64,000 bases of DNA, from NCBI GenBank assembly GCA_030141605.1, contig JAQGDQ010000287.1, positions 232,190-296,189 of the forward strand. The letters run 5' to 3'. The DNA comes from Tubiluchus corallicola. Its lineage: Eukaryota > Animalia > Priapulida. This document shows, one piece after another, positions 36,032-49,565 of this stretch; position 1 is the stretch's first letter; the number at the start of each line of letters is the position of its first letter. Below the pieces are notes generated by a model, which was not told the origin of the DNA, made no database searches, and was given only the letters and a program-made list of their open reading frames with translations. The position numbers were made by a program, and so were the translations under genes.

Positions 36032-37429
36032 TTAAATAAAAAGTACTTATCAAAATCTTTTGAGCAGTTTGATTTTTCAAAAATTATCACATTTAATCAA
36101 GTTACTTGTATTGTAATCACGAGGTATTATAGTTCTAATGCAGTACAGTGCTGTTTAAACTAATGTTATTTTTTATTTATTTACATTTGTCACTTTAATA
36201 ACTGCATTCAGTGTACAATCAATTCAGAAAAAACCGCTTTAACATGGTGCTTACTAACACCGGTTACTTAAATTACTATTATCATACTGTTAAGAATGAA
36301 GAGTGGACACTTGGTGACTGCATGGTCTTTCTCCACCGCGTCTCTCTTTTTGACTTATTGATTGTTTACTAACACCTTATTGCATTATAAAATTGATGCA
36401 TGGGGAAAATTATTAATAAATTGAAATTCAAGGGAATTGGCGATTCACAGCGGCTATCCATCAGGCTCCTGTATATCCACATCATAAAGGAGCAAGCCAA
36501 AAAGAAAACTGTATCCTGTTGTTCTTACACTTCTACATTGAGCCCATGGCTCGGTGGAAAACTGTGGGCGTCGCCAGTATTGTTAGATAAATGTAAACCG
36601 AAACACAAATCCAAACGAACATGTTTTCACGGGTTTCCTTTACACCAGTCAGTAGCGAATTTTCAGTAGTAAGTTATTTAAAATGTTTAATAGTTTTCTT
36701 TTTTATTTATATTTCTTTGAAGGACTTTTATTGTACTATTGAAATATGGTTAAATACTTGGTGTTTTAAAGCACTGTTCGTTGACAGGTTAGATTCGATT
36801 ATTCATTTTGTTCAGGAATATTGGAAGCGGAGTAAGTCTAAGACACACTAGCCAAAATAGGACAATTGGCTAGCCCAAGTAGGACACTAGAGACAAGTCA
36901 CGAATTGAGTCGTTAACCGTTCTGGCAGTGTCCGTTGTCCTTGTTTATTTAATAATAATAATGTCTATGAGCACGTGAATACACGTACGTTGAATAATTT
37001 ATTGTACATAACTAAAAAATCTTATTCTGAGCTAGTAAAACAGCCAATATTAAATTTGGCTTCAATATTAATCTTTTTGAAGTGAAATAAGCCCGCTTAT
37101 TAGGTGATTCCAACATTTGCTTAAGGTATATCATTTTTTATTTTGTCTCGCTTCACAGACCGGTGATCTGTGAAGTGAATTGTTGAAGAAATTGCTCATT
37201 ATCTCTTGAACAAGTAAATGTTTTCTACTAAGTAAACGGGCTAGTGAGCTATGTGCACTGCATAGTTTCTCTCTTTAAAGCATTAGATGCTTAGTTTAAT
37301 GTTATGATGATATTATTGTAAAAAATACATTTGCAAATTGTTAAGAACTATCCATCATTATTATGAAGTTACTTTTTTTCAAAAAAATTTAGTTTTATGT
37401 TTTATTATGTCATAATTCTCGACAAAATT

Positions 37430-38110
37430 CGCCTCATGCGTTTTAGTGGAAGTGTCCTACTTCGGCTAGTGGCATACTCGGTACCCTATACAAAGAAATG
37501 TGGACCTAGATGGTAACTGTCTGTAAACAGACTTCTCTCGAATGCTTTTTGAAGCTGTCAACTGGTGAAACACTGATGGTAGATGGTGGAAGATGATTCC
37601 ATGGCTGAACGAGTTAATGAGTTAGGCTTGAACAAAATAGGCGAAAAAGCATGGTATGCACATCTAGACAGAGTTGCAGCTGAAATAGAACTAAAATGTG
37701 ATGTGAAAAGTTAAGTAACTGCTCCACTACGAAAGATAAAAGGCAAAAGGTTTTTGCAAAGGGATTGCGAAAACAAATTATTATTTGAACCCTAGATGAA
37801 TGATACATGGGGAACTGAACTGCTTGTCAAACCCAGGGTTGGTGTACCAGAATTGGTATAAAATCCTTTGTATGTTTGGAAGGTAAATTATTGCTTGGAA
37901 AAATGACTCTGTAAATGTGGAAAGATCTTGAGACTGCAGAGCATGTGATTTTAAGATGTGAATTTTATGCACAGATAAGAAACAAAGTTTCTTGGCAAGA
38001 AGGAAGTGATGAAGAGTGTTTGAGATGGTTGTTATTTGGAGGTGGAAAAAATCAAGTGGTTCGTTTATTGAAGGACATAATGATAAAAAGAAGGGGTATC
38101 ATGACAGATA
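37430..38110 (+). mobile_element. Decayed non-LTR retrotransposon 3' remnant with CCHC knuckle
   Basis: LCKC..ETAEHVILRCEFYAQIR pattern with a frameshift; purine-rich coding-like sequence full of stops. Confidence 0.55.
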
Positions 38111-38357
38111 GACGGATGAACTACACGACGTCAGTTCTCTGATTCCTACTGACTTTTGGAACCAAAATTTTGCTGAAATTCTACAGGATAACTAATCATT
38201 TCACATGGCCATATGGTTTGTTTGTCCGTTTCTATACAGTCATTAATTATATGTATTTAGAGTTAATAGCAATTGTACATTTATTGTACATAGCAAAATT
38301 TTGTACATCTCTTTTTTTGTCTGTAAGAGGCAAATAGAATTGGAATTTGCTCATTAA

Positions 38358-38956
38358 AGGAAAGACGGACCCAATCTTAAACTGTAGGTCTAAACAAGCT
38401 ACTCTTTAAAGTATTGAAAGGGACATACTATTTAATTCAAGAATGACTTACGTGAAGAATTATTGCATTTGCGCTACTAGTTCTTTGCAGGATATGCATT
38501 TTGCCATTCATTAGTCAGATGGTCACTAGAGTCCTCATTTTTGAAACGCTTTGCACAAAAAGGTGCTCTGCCTTTCATTTCAAGTGTGTTCGGTTGTGAT
38601 GTAGTGCACACGTTCGAGAGCTCATGTGTGAGCACAGTGGTAAACTTGAAATTTTCGTTTTATACTTAAAATTTGCAGAGTTTTGTATATCACACACAGA
38701 ATGTTGTTCAGTAACACTGTACTTCAGCTTCAGCTTTCCTAAATGTGCAAGAGGCTCATAGAATGTTTGTGCCATTGAAAATTATGTTCATTTGTGATGT
38801 CATCACTAATTGGACTCTCCCGCCGTTAATTAAATTTTTAATATATCAATTAATTATCAGAAATAGTTTTGCAATATTATTGGTGTTGTTATTTAGTGGT
38901 ATACATTTTACGTATTTCAAAATGGGGTAGGATATGAAAAATTATCCTCTATTCCT
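38358..38956 (+). mobile_element. Kolobok-type MITE (family A, full length)
   Basis: TTAA TSD at 38354-57 and 38957-60; AGGAA...TTCCT termini (T2/Kolobok signature); partial copies at 6285 and 30020. Confidence 0.75.
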
Positions 38957-39151
38957 TTAAATTTATATTTTTTCATTTTTTTAATTAGCCTAGCTCAGCA
39001 TTCTTTAATTTTGCTAAATTGTGTTCTGACCGTTGAGCCAACTAACGAAGATAATCGCAGTTGAGCCATTAGCATCCATCAGCAAAGAATAAATTAGATT
39101 ATCTTGTCATGCATTTGTTGTAGAGCTGTTGTGTTTGTGCTACTTGTAAAC

Positions 39152-39226
39152 ATGTCAGAAAATGGCGATGACTCAAAGGACAAACAGTTGAAAATTGTCA
39201 TAATTGGTGATGGAACTTCAGGAAAG
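39152..39226 (+). CDS. RAB28: RAB28 coding exon 1
   Basis: [25 protein letters not shown]|gtag. Confidence 0.92.
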
Positions 39227-42200
39227 GTAGGCCTAGCATTTAATTTTTAAATTAATTTGCTCGGTAAATATTATAAATGTTTTTTTTTTAATGTCTTTAA
39301 ATGCTTTTTGCAAGTCGTCAGGTACTCAATGTATAGGACACTTTTCATTTTTGATATTATCGCCATTTCTTAACCTCTGTGTACCAGACTAACTTGAGAT
39401 AATAACCCAAGCTAATTTAACTTCTTTCATGCAGACGTCTATAGCCACACGATATGCACAGGAATCTTTTGGTAAAGAATATAAGCAAACTGTTGGCATT
39501 GATTTCTTCTTGAAAAGGATTGTGCTGCCCGGTAAATATTTTTGCTTGTATTGACTTAAATTGAGTTTTATTGTTTTAATACACTTAGTCATCGACTTAC
39601 GACCACAATCAGTTCCAGCAGATTGGATGTGGACTAAGTATGGCAGAAATATGAGTTATAGTTTGTTTTGTAAATTAATTAAGTTATTTCCCTCTTAGTG
39701 TTTGTCACTTACGTTTGCATTGTGTTATAATGTTCTTTCACTTCTGTTTTCTTGACAAAATTTAATTGAATAGTTTAAGAAATGCTCCACTTTGCTGATT
39801 TTTTTGTTTGCTTTTAAATTTCAAGATTTTCTTGCTGATTTCCTATTTTTAGGTGCCATTCATGTAGCACTGCAGGTATGGGATATTGGTGGACAGACAC
39901 TAGGTGGTCAGATGCTGGATAAATACATTTATGGAGCTCATGTAAGTAACCACCTAATACCCTTTGGTTTATGCTTATTGTGACGCCGTGTAATAATTAA
40001 GTCAGGACGTTAGGAAATCAGAGTACTGTGTTCAGGGTTCTCGAGCGCTTCCGTCACTTTTATACGCCAAATTTACAGGATAATCATTTATTTGTGTAGG
40101 CTACTTGAATCCGTGTCACTGGTGAAACACTTGTGTGCACGTGCAAACTATTTAATCAGAACCAAAACGGAACTAAAAGCTAATATTTAGATTTCAAATT
40201 TAATCAGTAAAACGACAATAGCAAAAATTAAATTGATAACAATTTCCAACAATACCTAATTCCCCCAAAAGTAACGTTGGCCGGCTACGCTTCTGTCTCT
40301 CATCAGGCTTTTGTAACTGCAACTGTAGGTCGAGTTCTATGCTGTACTATTGTTAAATATATAGCAATTTTATCATTATCTGACTTATATATGTGCCAGA
40401 TACCATAGCTTTTGCCTGTTTTTAATAGAACTAAATTAATTTTGGCATTTCGGCTACAATGTTAGGATTTTTGTAAGTAACCAGACACTTGTAACAAAAT
40501 TCATGTAACATGAATGCGTCACTGTGAATATCATGCCGTTTTGAATTATTCTTCACCTACGTAGATCCAATGGTACGTAATAACCAGGGTATGCAGCCTT
40601 AGTCACATGTTTGCACGCGATAGAATAAGTGTGTCTAAACTGTGCAGTTTTTAATTTATATTTCTTTTATTAAATGTGATTTCCTAAAAAAATTAATTGT
40701 CAAACCCACATTTTTATGATTAATGAGCACGGTAGATTTAGTTGCACATTAGTTGCACAATGCAAAATTGCGCACTGGTATGACGTCAAGTAATATTAAC
40801 CTGCTCATCACAACCTTTGACTGTTCATACAGAAGGCACTGTATAAACATGAAAACTTTTTTTCGATGTTAAAAAGAATTTGTAACGTCCTTGCCTCTGT
40901 TTTTTTCAGGGCATTCTGCTAGTATATGACATTACAAACTACGCCAGCTTTGAGAACTTAGATGATTGGTATCATATGGTGAGAAAAACCTTTGAAGGAG
41001 AAGATAAATATCCTCACATTGCACTCATTGGAAATAAAGGTATAGTCAACTCTGCACGAGTCTAGAATAGTTTACATTTTAAATGTGTATAAATTAACGA
41101 CTTCGTCATTTTGTAAATTTATGTGGTTTTTTAGATCCAGTATTAAAGTTTATCTTAATGCTGCAGAATCGGTTTAAAATTAATGAAAAGTACTAAGAAC
41201 CTCAATAGAAATAGAAATATTGCGGGTCTTGTCTAGATGGTATAGTCTAGTGGTAATGTGCCTGCTTTCCATCTGGAAGGTTGTGAGTTCAATCCTGAGA
41301 ACCGTGTCATACCAAAGACTAAAAATGGAACCTGCTGTTGCCCTACTTGGCGTTTAGATTAAAAGCAGGGTAATAATAGTCCCTGTTAAGTAGTTGTAGA
41401 TTGTTATTTACAGTCGATAAAAAACTGTTTGAGCTTACGTTAGTTGTTAATTCAAAATCCGGCTTTGAATAAAGATTGTTATTATATTATTATTATGAAT
41501 AAAATATTCTAATATGCATGCTGATGTTATGGAAACTACATGATCGTGGCGCTTTTGATTTTATTTTTCTGCACTCCTGATTGGCAAGTGCATCGCTGCG
41601 CCATAATGACATATGTAATTGATATCATATATATCCTGTAGCAGTTTCACTGTGCTGACAGTGACGTGCCGTGTGTAAACAAGGCAACGCTGCTGTGTCA
41701 GAGCTGCACTGTTAAACAACATGCAATGTGCCATTGTTTACTGGTGAAAATAGAACTATAGTGAAATTGTATCAGGGTGTATTATAAATATTGAGAACAT
41801 TGTATCGATATACAATAGTTAATAGTGTAAGTTCATCTACTGGGTTTGAAGAATCATCATAATGTCGATGTGAAAAATTTTTTTGTATTCAATGACTTGA
41901 CAGTTAAAGGAAAAGTCAAGCTTTCTGGAAGGTTAGGTTAGCCTTATTTCAATTTTCTTGAAAAAAAATTTGGATTTAGTTGTGATCAGTTAACACTTTG
42001 GCATTCATGTTTTGAGCTCCCATTCTTCCACCAATGACATCATTCATCGACATATTGCCAATTTCTGTCAAAAGTATAATAAATTTTCACAAAAAATTGC
42101 TTAGCAAATATTGTGATATTTTTGCATGAACATTGAGTAAGGCGCAGAACCTTGAATTAGTTTAAGATGCTCGCACTTAAGGAAAGCCATGATGCGCATA

Positions 42201-43439
42201 TGAAAAATTACGAAGTTCACTAATTATGTCATTATTTTCAAATTAATGGCGTCTGAAAATTCCTAGGCAGCTGTATTATAAATTAACTTTATCTGCAAAT
42301 TTTTTCTAAGTTTTTCTGCAAATTTCATTATTGTGCTTTTCTAAGTTTAAGTGATAGCAGTAAAATAAACACAACTTTTTAATTGACTTGTTCTTTCTTT
42401 TAAGCAAACTTGTAAAATAATTTGTCTTTTCCTTTAGTTAATGTTGAAATGACTGTCATGCATCTCTGTGTTCCAGTTGATCTGTCGCACATGAGAACAG
42501 TGAAGCAAGAAAAACATGCAAAATATGCACAAGAAAACAATATGTCTAGTCATTTTGTATCGGCCAAAACGGGTGATTCGGTAAGATATTTTATGCATCA
42601 GTTAATAGGTGGCACCCCTTACAAGTAGTCGCCTCCAGTTTTGTACTGAAGTTTTTATTTTTACTCTGATAACGTTGGCAAGATGACATCAAGTTCTAAC
42701 AATTCTAACAAATGATAGAGTTTTCTTATTTTGTTTCCAAAGTGTCAATGTTAAATTAAAACTGAAGATTTTGTGTACAGAACATTAGTTTTGTTTAAGC
42801 ACAGCTTGGTTAAATTAATGATGACATTTGTTTTTATAATGTATGTCATAAAATAATCTTTTGGTAGATATAAAAAAATTAACAGACGATCTGATTGAAG
42901 AGGTTGCTAGAAGTACAGGAGATTACATTACAAATGTAGTTGTGATATTTATTTTCGAACACTAGAATGATATGTAAAAAGATATGTTATTTTAGTCAAA
43001 ATATGCACTTGAAAGAGATCAGTTAGTTTGTCATATTGTGAAATGATAGACAGTCAAGCATCTCGTCTTACAATACTAGGTTTCGTAATCAGATATGTCC
43101 CAGTTCTGCCACATAGCTACATTGAGTAATCATTACCAGTGAATGCTGAATTCCAGCTTGCAGAGTTGCTAAACTACATCAGAAAGTTAAGCAATGGCAT
43201 TGCTACTGATAGTTTTGTTTGTTAATGGGATAAACATGTTAACTAAATATGAAATTTTTTACCAGGTGGCTTCGTGTTTTCAAAAAGTGGCCGCCGAAAT
43301 TCTCGACATCAAGCTGTCGAAACAAGAAGAAGAGCAGCAGCAAACGGTTATCAAAGCCGATATTGTGAAAGATACTGTAGCAATTCCGGCACGAGTGCCG
43401 GCAACACGAACTCGTAGCTCCACCTGTTGCCTACAGTGA
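39152..43439 (+). CDS. RAB28: Ras-related protein Rab-28, join(39152..39226,39435..39531,39853..39941,40910..41039,42477..42580,43266..43439), 222 aa
   Basis: GDGTSGKTS (G1), [10 protein letters not shown], Rab28-type WDIGGQ (G3), GNKVD (G4), SAKTG (G5), C-terminal CAAX CCLQ; all phases consistent, 669 nt. Confidence 0.95.
39435..39531 (+). CDS. RAB28: RAB28 coding exon 2
   Basis: gcag|[33 protein letters not shown]|gtaaat. Confidence 0.93.
39853..39941 (+). CDS. RAB28: RAB28 coding exon 3
   Basis: [24 protein letters not shown]|gtaagt. Confidence 0.94.
40910..41039 (+). CDS. RAB28: RAB28 coding exon 4
   Basis: [20 protein letters not shown]...IALIGNK. Confidence 0.94.
41231..41497 (+). 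mobile_element. tRNA-derived SINE (same family as 8137-8377)
   Basis: A-box TAGTCTAGTGG, B-box GAGTTCAATCC, GTCATACCAAAGACTAAAAATGG core, (TTA)n tail. Confidence 0.8.
41908..42399. mobile_element. Kolobok-type MITE (family B)
   Basis: TTAA|AGGAAAAGTCAAG ... ctttct|TTAA; colinear with 60062-60512. Confidence 0.72.
42477..42580 (+). CDS. RAB28: RAB28 coding exon 5
   Basis: [13 protein letters not shown]...[11 protein letters not shown]|gtaaga. Confidence 0.92.
43266..43439 (+). CDS. RAB28: RAB28 coding exon 6 (stop)
   Basis: [13 protein letters not shown]...VIKADIV...RSSTCCLQ*. Confidence 0.93.
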   Translation: MASCFQKVAAEILDIKLSKQEEEQQQTVIKADIVKDTVAIPARVPATRTRSSTCCLQ

Positions 43440-44393
43440 AAAGCTAATGTGTAGACAATCGTGGATAATGCCACGTGTTCTTAGTTAGTGTTTTTGAAAG
43501 CACAAAATTCTGTTATTTTGAAATTCGTAAGTGCTATAAACTATTCAAACTATTGCAAGAATTGCAGCTTGTATGTGTGTATGTGTGCCGCACAGTGGCT
43601 TAGGCCATGCCCTAGATTAGACCTAGAGACTCCCGAGTTTGATGAAGTCTAACATTCCAAACAAAATGTGTTGTGTGAAGAAGGCTCCAAGGCTCCAATT
43701 TTTTGTTGATTTTCAATAGTCTCGAGTGTGCCGGTTCTCCATGTGGACTAAGTTTCTTATTTGCTATTCAGGAAATAATCTAACTTGGTCGTCATGACAT
43801 CAAAATATACAAATATTTTCACTGTCATTTGTTATTGTTAAAAGGCCAATAATTGTGTGTGATAGCACTGAAGCTGAGGAATTTTGTAAACCTCATGCTG
43901 CTTAGACAGCCTTTCCATTCGTTGTTGTTTTATTAGAAATGTAAATATGTGACTATGAAGGTTTCCCATTTTGCCTGTTTTATGTTTGAGACGGGCTCCA
44001 CTGTCTAGTGCTTGCTGGTTTAACTGCAGTGTTTACTTGTGTTTGAGACAAATTTGCTAGATACAGATGTGGTTTTACCCTATGTAATGAGCATTTGAGA
44101 TGTGTAATTTTGTAATGCGGGATTTTTAATGCATATTTAAAAAATTATACGTTAAAAATTAAAGTAGAAATTGTGTTGTCAAGCAAGACTGCAACTACAT
44201 GCTCTTGTTCTATGTCTTCAAACTAAAATAATTTGACTTTATGCTTGTGAAAAAATTCTTTGTCTAGAGCTTTAGTTTTCAAAATTACGTGGATCGCTTA
44301 GCATGGCGATATGCTTAAAAGCTTTAAAAATCGTATTTGTTTTCTATGACGGCCTGCGGGCAGTATAGCAAACAAAGACCAGCATTTGCATTG

Positions 44394-44546
44394 ACCAGCA
44401 TGATCAACCAGTTTGACTGCCTGTGGGGCTTCTGATGCTCGTTGGCCCTCCAGCATCACCAGGTAGCCAGCATGATCAACAAGTTGGATTGCTTGTGGGG
44501 CTTCTGATGTTAGTTGGCCCTCCAGCATCACTAGGTAGCCAGCATG
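44394..44546. repeat. Tandem repeat of about 72 bp (2+ copies) downstream of RAB28
   Basis: ccagcatgatcaa...tgtggggcttctgatg...gttggccctccagcatcac.aggtag twice. Confidence 0.8.
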
Positions 44547-44949
44547 GTAGTTGCGTCCTATTCTCGAATGCCTCCTGGTGTAAAGAAATTCAACTTATTT
44601 CGCAAGGAGAACAAAAAGAATAGTAGTACCACGTTTAGCAGTATTAATAAAGTAATTATGGTGTGCAGTACATGCCACTGCTCAGCTGTCTAGTTGTCTT
44701 GTTTGTGAAGTCAATGTTAATAACGCTTTGTTGTGCAGTACTAGCATCTGTAACAGTCAGTTCTTACGTCTATCATAATCAGTTAATCTGGGCGTTTTTA
44801 TTTGCTCATTATTTTGTATGAAAAATGCACTTCCTAAGCATTGTATACTAAAACAACACAATTGCTAATTAATCAGCAAACATATGTCTTTGATACATCA
44901 ATGCCGTCATTACTGTATCTATTATTATAATAGTTTTTGAAAAAGTAAC

Positions 44950-45405
44950 TTCTTGTCACACAGAGAATGGTGTAAGGAGCAAGCCATAATCCGTAAGCTA
45001 TAAGGTGTCTTCCATCTTTCTTAAGGCGTATATCATAATCTGTGGTATGCTCCTACTCTGTAGACAATTCTGTTATGAATTCCTATAGCATAAGTGAATT
45101 GTGAACTATAAAAACCACTACATTAGCGATGACCCAAAACGCCTTATGGCAAATGAAATTAATGACCGAATTAGTTTTGCAATAAGGCACCTTACAACTC
45201 GCTCAAAATGGCTTATGAGAGGAGCCTACCGCGGTTTATGGCTGACGGCTTACAGCAGGCAAACCGCGGTAGGCAAAAGATGACAACTGGATCATCTGTG
45301 TGACAGGGACCATTGGTTAACTTGCGTTCATTTTTCTTGAGGCGGCTTTTTCTCCTCACAGCTTACACCTTACGGATTATGTCCAGCTGTGTGTGACACG
45401 GACCT
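44950..45405. mobile_element. Probable PIF/Harbinger-like MITE
   Basis: Inverted cataatccgtaag / cttacggattatg and gtcacaca / tgtgtgac; right end ...tgacacggacc followed by TTA. Confidence 0.45.
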
Positions 45406-46094
45406 TAATGTTATATCTTATTGCAAGGCTAAACACCATGTTACCTTATGTGTGACATTTTTCTGAACTTTTCTGTAAATTGCTCATCTACTGGGTTAGA
45501 TTAAGGTCTAATTACTTATGATGCATTCAAAATGTGTCAGATTAAAGCACTTCACTTTTGAACCTTATTTGAATTAGGTATTATATGCACTAACGACAAA
45601 ACATTATAAAAGATTTTTTTGTGAATTAATGATTTTGGCTCTTTCATGGTAATATAGTTATTAGATAATTTGCATAAAATCACTTTCTGTCAATTGCCAA
45701 ACTTAGTGATGGATCAATGTAGAAATTTAGTAAATATTTAGCACCCAGTTTTTATGTAGGCATATATATTTATATATTGCGTGAATTGTTAGAAAATTGA
45801 GTTGTAACTAAAATGTTAACTTTTATCACACTAAAACGTTATATTAATTGGGTATTGAACCCAAGACTCTATACTGTTTTAACCCTGAAAAGTCGTATTC
45901 ATGCATAGTATTTTCATAGATACTGTTTAGTACATTTGCAAATTTCTGACTGAATCTCATTTAGTGCTTGTAAGTAGAATGAATCACATTCAGTATATTT
46001 CTGAATTCTACAAATGCCCAAATTGTACATATGAATTATGTAAATTGAATGAACCCCATTCAGAGCATTTACGAATTGTACAAATGAGTTATAC

Positions 46095-47452
46095 AAAGTA
46101 AATGGACCTCATTCAGTACGTTTGTGAATTATACAAAGTGAATGAGCCTCATTCAGTACGTTTGTGAATTGTACAAAGTGAATGAACCCCATTCAGTACG
46201 TTTGTGAATTGTACAAAGTGAATGAACCCCACTCAGTACGTTTGTGAATTGTACAAAGTGAATGAACCCCATTCAGTACGTTTGTGAATTGTACAAAGTG
46301 AATGAACCTCATTCAGTACGTTTGTGAATTGTACAAAGTGAATGAATCTCATTCAGTACGTTTGTAAATTGTACAAAGTGAATGAACCTCATTCAGTACG
46401 TTTATGAATTGTAGAAAGTGAATGAACCTCATTCAGTACGTTTATGAATTGTACAAAGTGAATGAACCTCATTCAGTACGTTTGTGAATTGTACAAAGTG
46501 AATGAACCTTATTCAGTACGTTTGTGAATTGTACAAAGTGAATGAACCTCATTCAGTACGTTTGTGAATTGTACAAAGTGAATGAACCCCATTCAGTACG
46601 TTTCTGAATTGTACAAAGTGAATGAACCTTATTCAGTACGTTTATGAATTGTACAAAGTGAATGAACCTCATTCAGTACGTTTGTGAATTGTACAAAGTG
46701 AATGAACCTTATTCAGTACGTTTGTGAATTGTACAAAGTGAATGAACCTCATTCAGTACGTTTGTGAATTGTACAAAGTGAATGAACCCCATTCAGTACG
46801 TTTCTGAATTGTACAAAGTGAATGAACCTTATTCAGTACGTTTATGAATTGTACAAAGTGAATGAACCTCATTCAGTACGTTTGTGAATTGTACAAAGTG
46901 AATGAACCTTATTCAGTACGTTTGTGAATTGTACAAAGTGAATGAACCTCATTCAGTACGTTTGTGAATTGTACAAAGTGAATGAACCCCATTCAGTACG
47001 TTTCTGAATTGTACAAAGTGAATGAACCTTATTCAGTACGTTTATGAATTGTACAAAGTGAATGAACCTCATTCAGTACGTTTGTGAATTGTACAAAGTG
47101 AATGAACCTTATTCAGTACGTTTGTGAATTGTACAATGTGAATGAACCTTATTCAGTACGTTTATGAATTGTACAAAGTGAATGAACCTTATTTAGTACG
47201 TTTATGAATTGTACAAAGTGAATGAATCTCATTCAGTACGTTTGTAAATTGTACAAAGTGAATGAACCTCATTCAGTACGTTTGTGAATTGTAGAAAGTG
47301 AATGAACCTCATTCAGTACGTTTGTGAATTGTACAAAGTGAATGAACCTCATTCAGTACGTTTATGAATTGTACAAAGTGAATGAACCTCATTTAGTACG
47401 TTTGTAAATTGTACAGAGTGGATGAACCTCATTCAGCACGTTTATGAATTGT
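46095..47452. repeat. 40-bp minisatellite, about 34 copies
   Basis: Unit attcagtacgtttgtgaattgtacaaagtgaatgaacctc; degenerate copies extend left to about 45940. Confidence 0.97.
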
Positions 47453-47691
47453 TGAAATTGTACGCTTGTGGATTGTATGCACATTTGCACAGCAATTTAC
47501 CTTGCCATGTATTTGCTCATATTATTGCTTTAGTTGTAATAGTTATATTTTTTGTCCTATACCTTGTTATTGTTTCCCATCTATACTTAAAATTAGTTAA
47601 AAATGTATTACGATAAACTGTGATATTTAGAAATATCGTCCACGATGTGTTATTTATGCTAAAGTGCAAGTCAATGTTGACTGAATAACAA

Positions 47692-47911
47692 GATGTGCAT
47701 GTTTAGGCTTGTTTATAAAACAATGATATTTTATTTCATCATTGCACTGGCACAAGATATTGTTGAAAGTCACTTATTAATACGAAGACTTTTTTACTTC
47801 TTAGTGTGATGTGCATGTTTATAAAACAATGATATTTTATTTCATTATTGCACTGACACAAGATATTGTTGAAAGTCACTTACTAATAGGAAGACTTTTA
47901 CTTCTCAGTGT
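47692..47911. repeat. Tandem duplication of about 110 bp
   Basis: gatgtgcatgttt...ataaaacaatgatattttatttcat...gaagactttt twice. Confidence 0.85.
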
Positions 47912-48406
47912 GGTGGTACAGTATGTTGTAATGCAGATGTAAAAGGTAAATCGTAGGAGTAAACTGAACTCATTTACTGTGTCAGCTTGAGATTGAAAAT
48001 TTTAAAGTTAAGCAAAGTAAACATGTTTGGTTAATTAAAAATGTAAAATGCTGCTGACTTTTGCCTACGAGTCTTTAAAAATGTTGCATACCGTCAAAGC
48101 TCATTAAAACGTCCCCCCCTTATAATACCAGCCTGTTCAGTGGCCAAATTTCTGGCAGAGCGAAATGTTTATATTTGCATAGACATGTAATTAATGTCAA
48201 CTTTTTTGGAATCTCAAGGTGGGTGGGATAAAGAGATGGCTGTACTTGTAAACTTTTCAGTCAAGAACAAGTAAATTTTGCAGAACATGGTTTTTCAATC
48301 TGTGGCATGATTATTGTGAATTTTTATTGAAAACATGATAGTGTTTAACAAAATAAAAGTACAAGACTTTAAGTACAAGACCAGTGCATCATGTGTTATG
48401 GTTTTA

Positions 48407-48978
48407 TTATCACTTGTTTAATTCCCGAAATAAACAGAAATAAGTACATACACAAAAATCAGGTTACTTTTATCAGATTTTGCTTGAAAAAACGCAAGTT
48501 CATGCTCAAATAGCTTTAAACAAGCAATAATAAAACCCTATAACACTTTTGTTTTACATAAAACAATTGTTATTTTACGACCGGTCTTGCAAGAAACTCA
48601 TCTGAAACTTGAATTTAATCTTGCTTACATATATGTTTGCTGTAAAATTATACAGATCATTGTATTAGTGAAAAAATAAATGAGTTTATTTTGTGAATGA
48701 CAACGAGAAGCATTTTTTTGTGTGGCACGTATCATCACGTGATGCAAATCCCGGAAAAAAGCAGATTTATGGAACATTATGTATAAAAAATTTGAACCGA
48801 TTTTCTTTTCTTCAATGTTAGTATTTGAAACAAGACAAATGACGATTGTGTAGTTTTTTAACCAAATGGGATCTTAAGCTGACAACTCATGTTTTTTTCA
48901 AGCAAAGTCTGGCAATACCAATTTGATTTTGATATATATGCTTGTTTCTGTCTATCTTGGGATTTAAACAAGTGATAA
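48407..48978. mobile_element. Long-TIR MITE (unclassified)
   Basis: About 90-bp imperfect TIR TTATCACTTGTTTAA..CCC..ATA.ACAGAAA.AAG; internal palindrome CATCACGTGATG. Confidence 0.75.
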
Positions 48979-49144
48979 CAAAACTCCAGCACTTCTATTT
49001 TATTTTATAACAGCTTCTATTTGATGTTAGTCATCTAGTCACCTATATTTCAATAACAAATTTGGCTTAAAAATGAGCCTTTAATTAATACTGCAAAAGT
49101 GATTATACGTTAAAAGATCTTAACAAGATTGGTAATCACATCAT

Positions 49145-49565
49145 CGTAATTTGAGTTAAAAATCATCAGTGCAACACACTTACTGTAATTTCAGTTAAAA
49201 ATCATCAATGCCACACCGTTACCGTAATTTCAGTTAAAAATCATCAATGCCACACCGTTACCGTAATTTCAGATAAAAATCATCAATGCAACACAGTTAC
49301 TGTAATTTCAGTTAAAAATCATCAATGCGACACAGTTACCGTAATTTCAGATAAAAATCATCAATGCAACACAGTTACTGTAATTTCAGTTAAAAATCAT
49401 CAATGCGACACCATCACCATAATTTCAGATAAAAATCATCAATGCGACACCATCACCATAATTTCAGATAAAAATCATCAATGCGACACCATCACCATAA
49501 TTTCAGATAAAAATCATCAATGCAACACCATCACCATAATTTCAGATAAAAATCATCAATGCAAG
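49145..49565. repeat. 39-bp minisatellite, about 11 copies
   Basis: Unit aaaaatcatcaatgcaacacagttactgtaatttcagtt. Confidence 0.95.

Noticed and set aside
46095-47452. CRISPR-like array (also the 39-, 31- and 46-bp arrays)
   Set aside because: Head-to-tail repeats without unique spacers, no cas genes, eukaryotic context.
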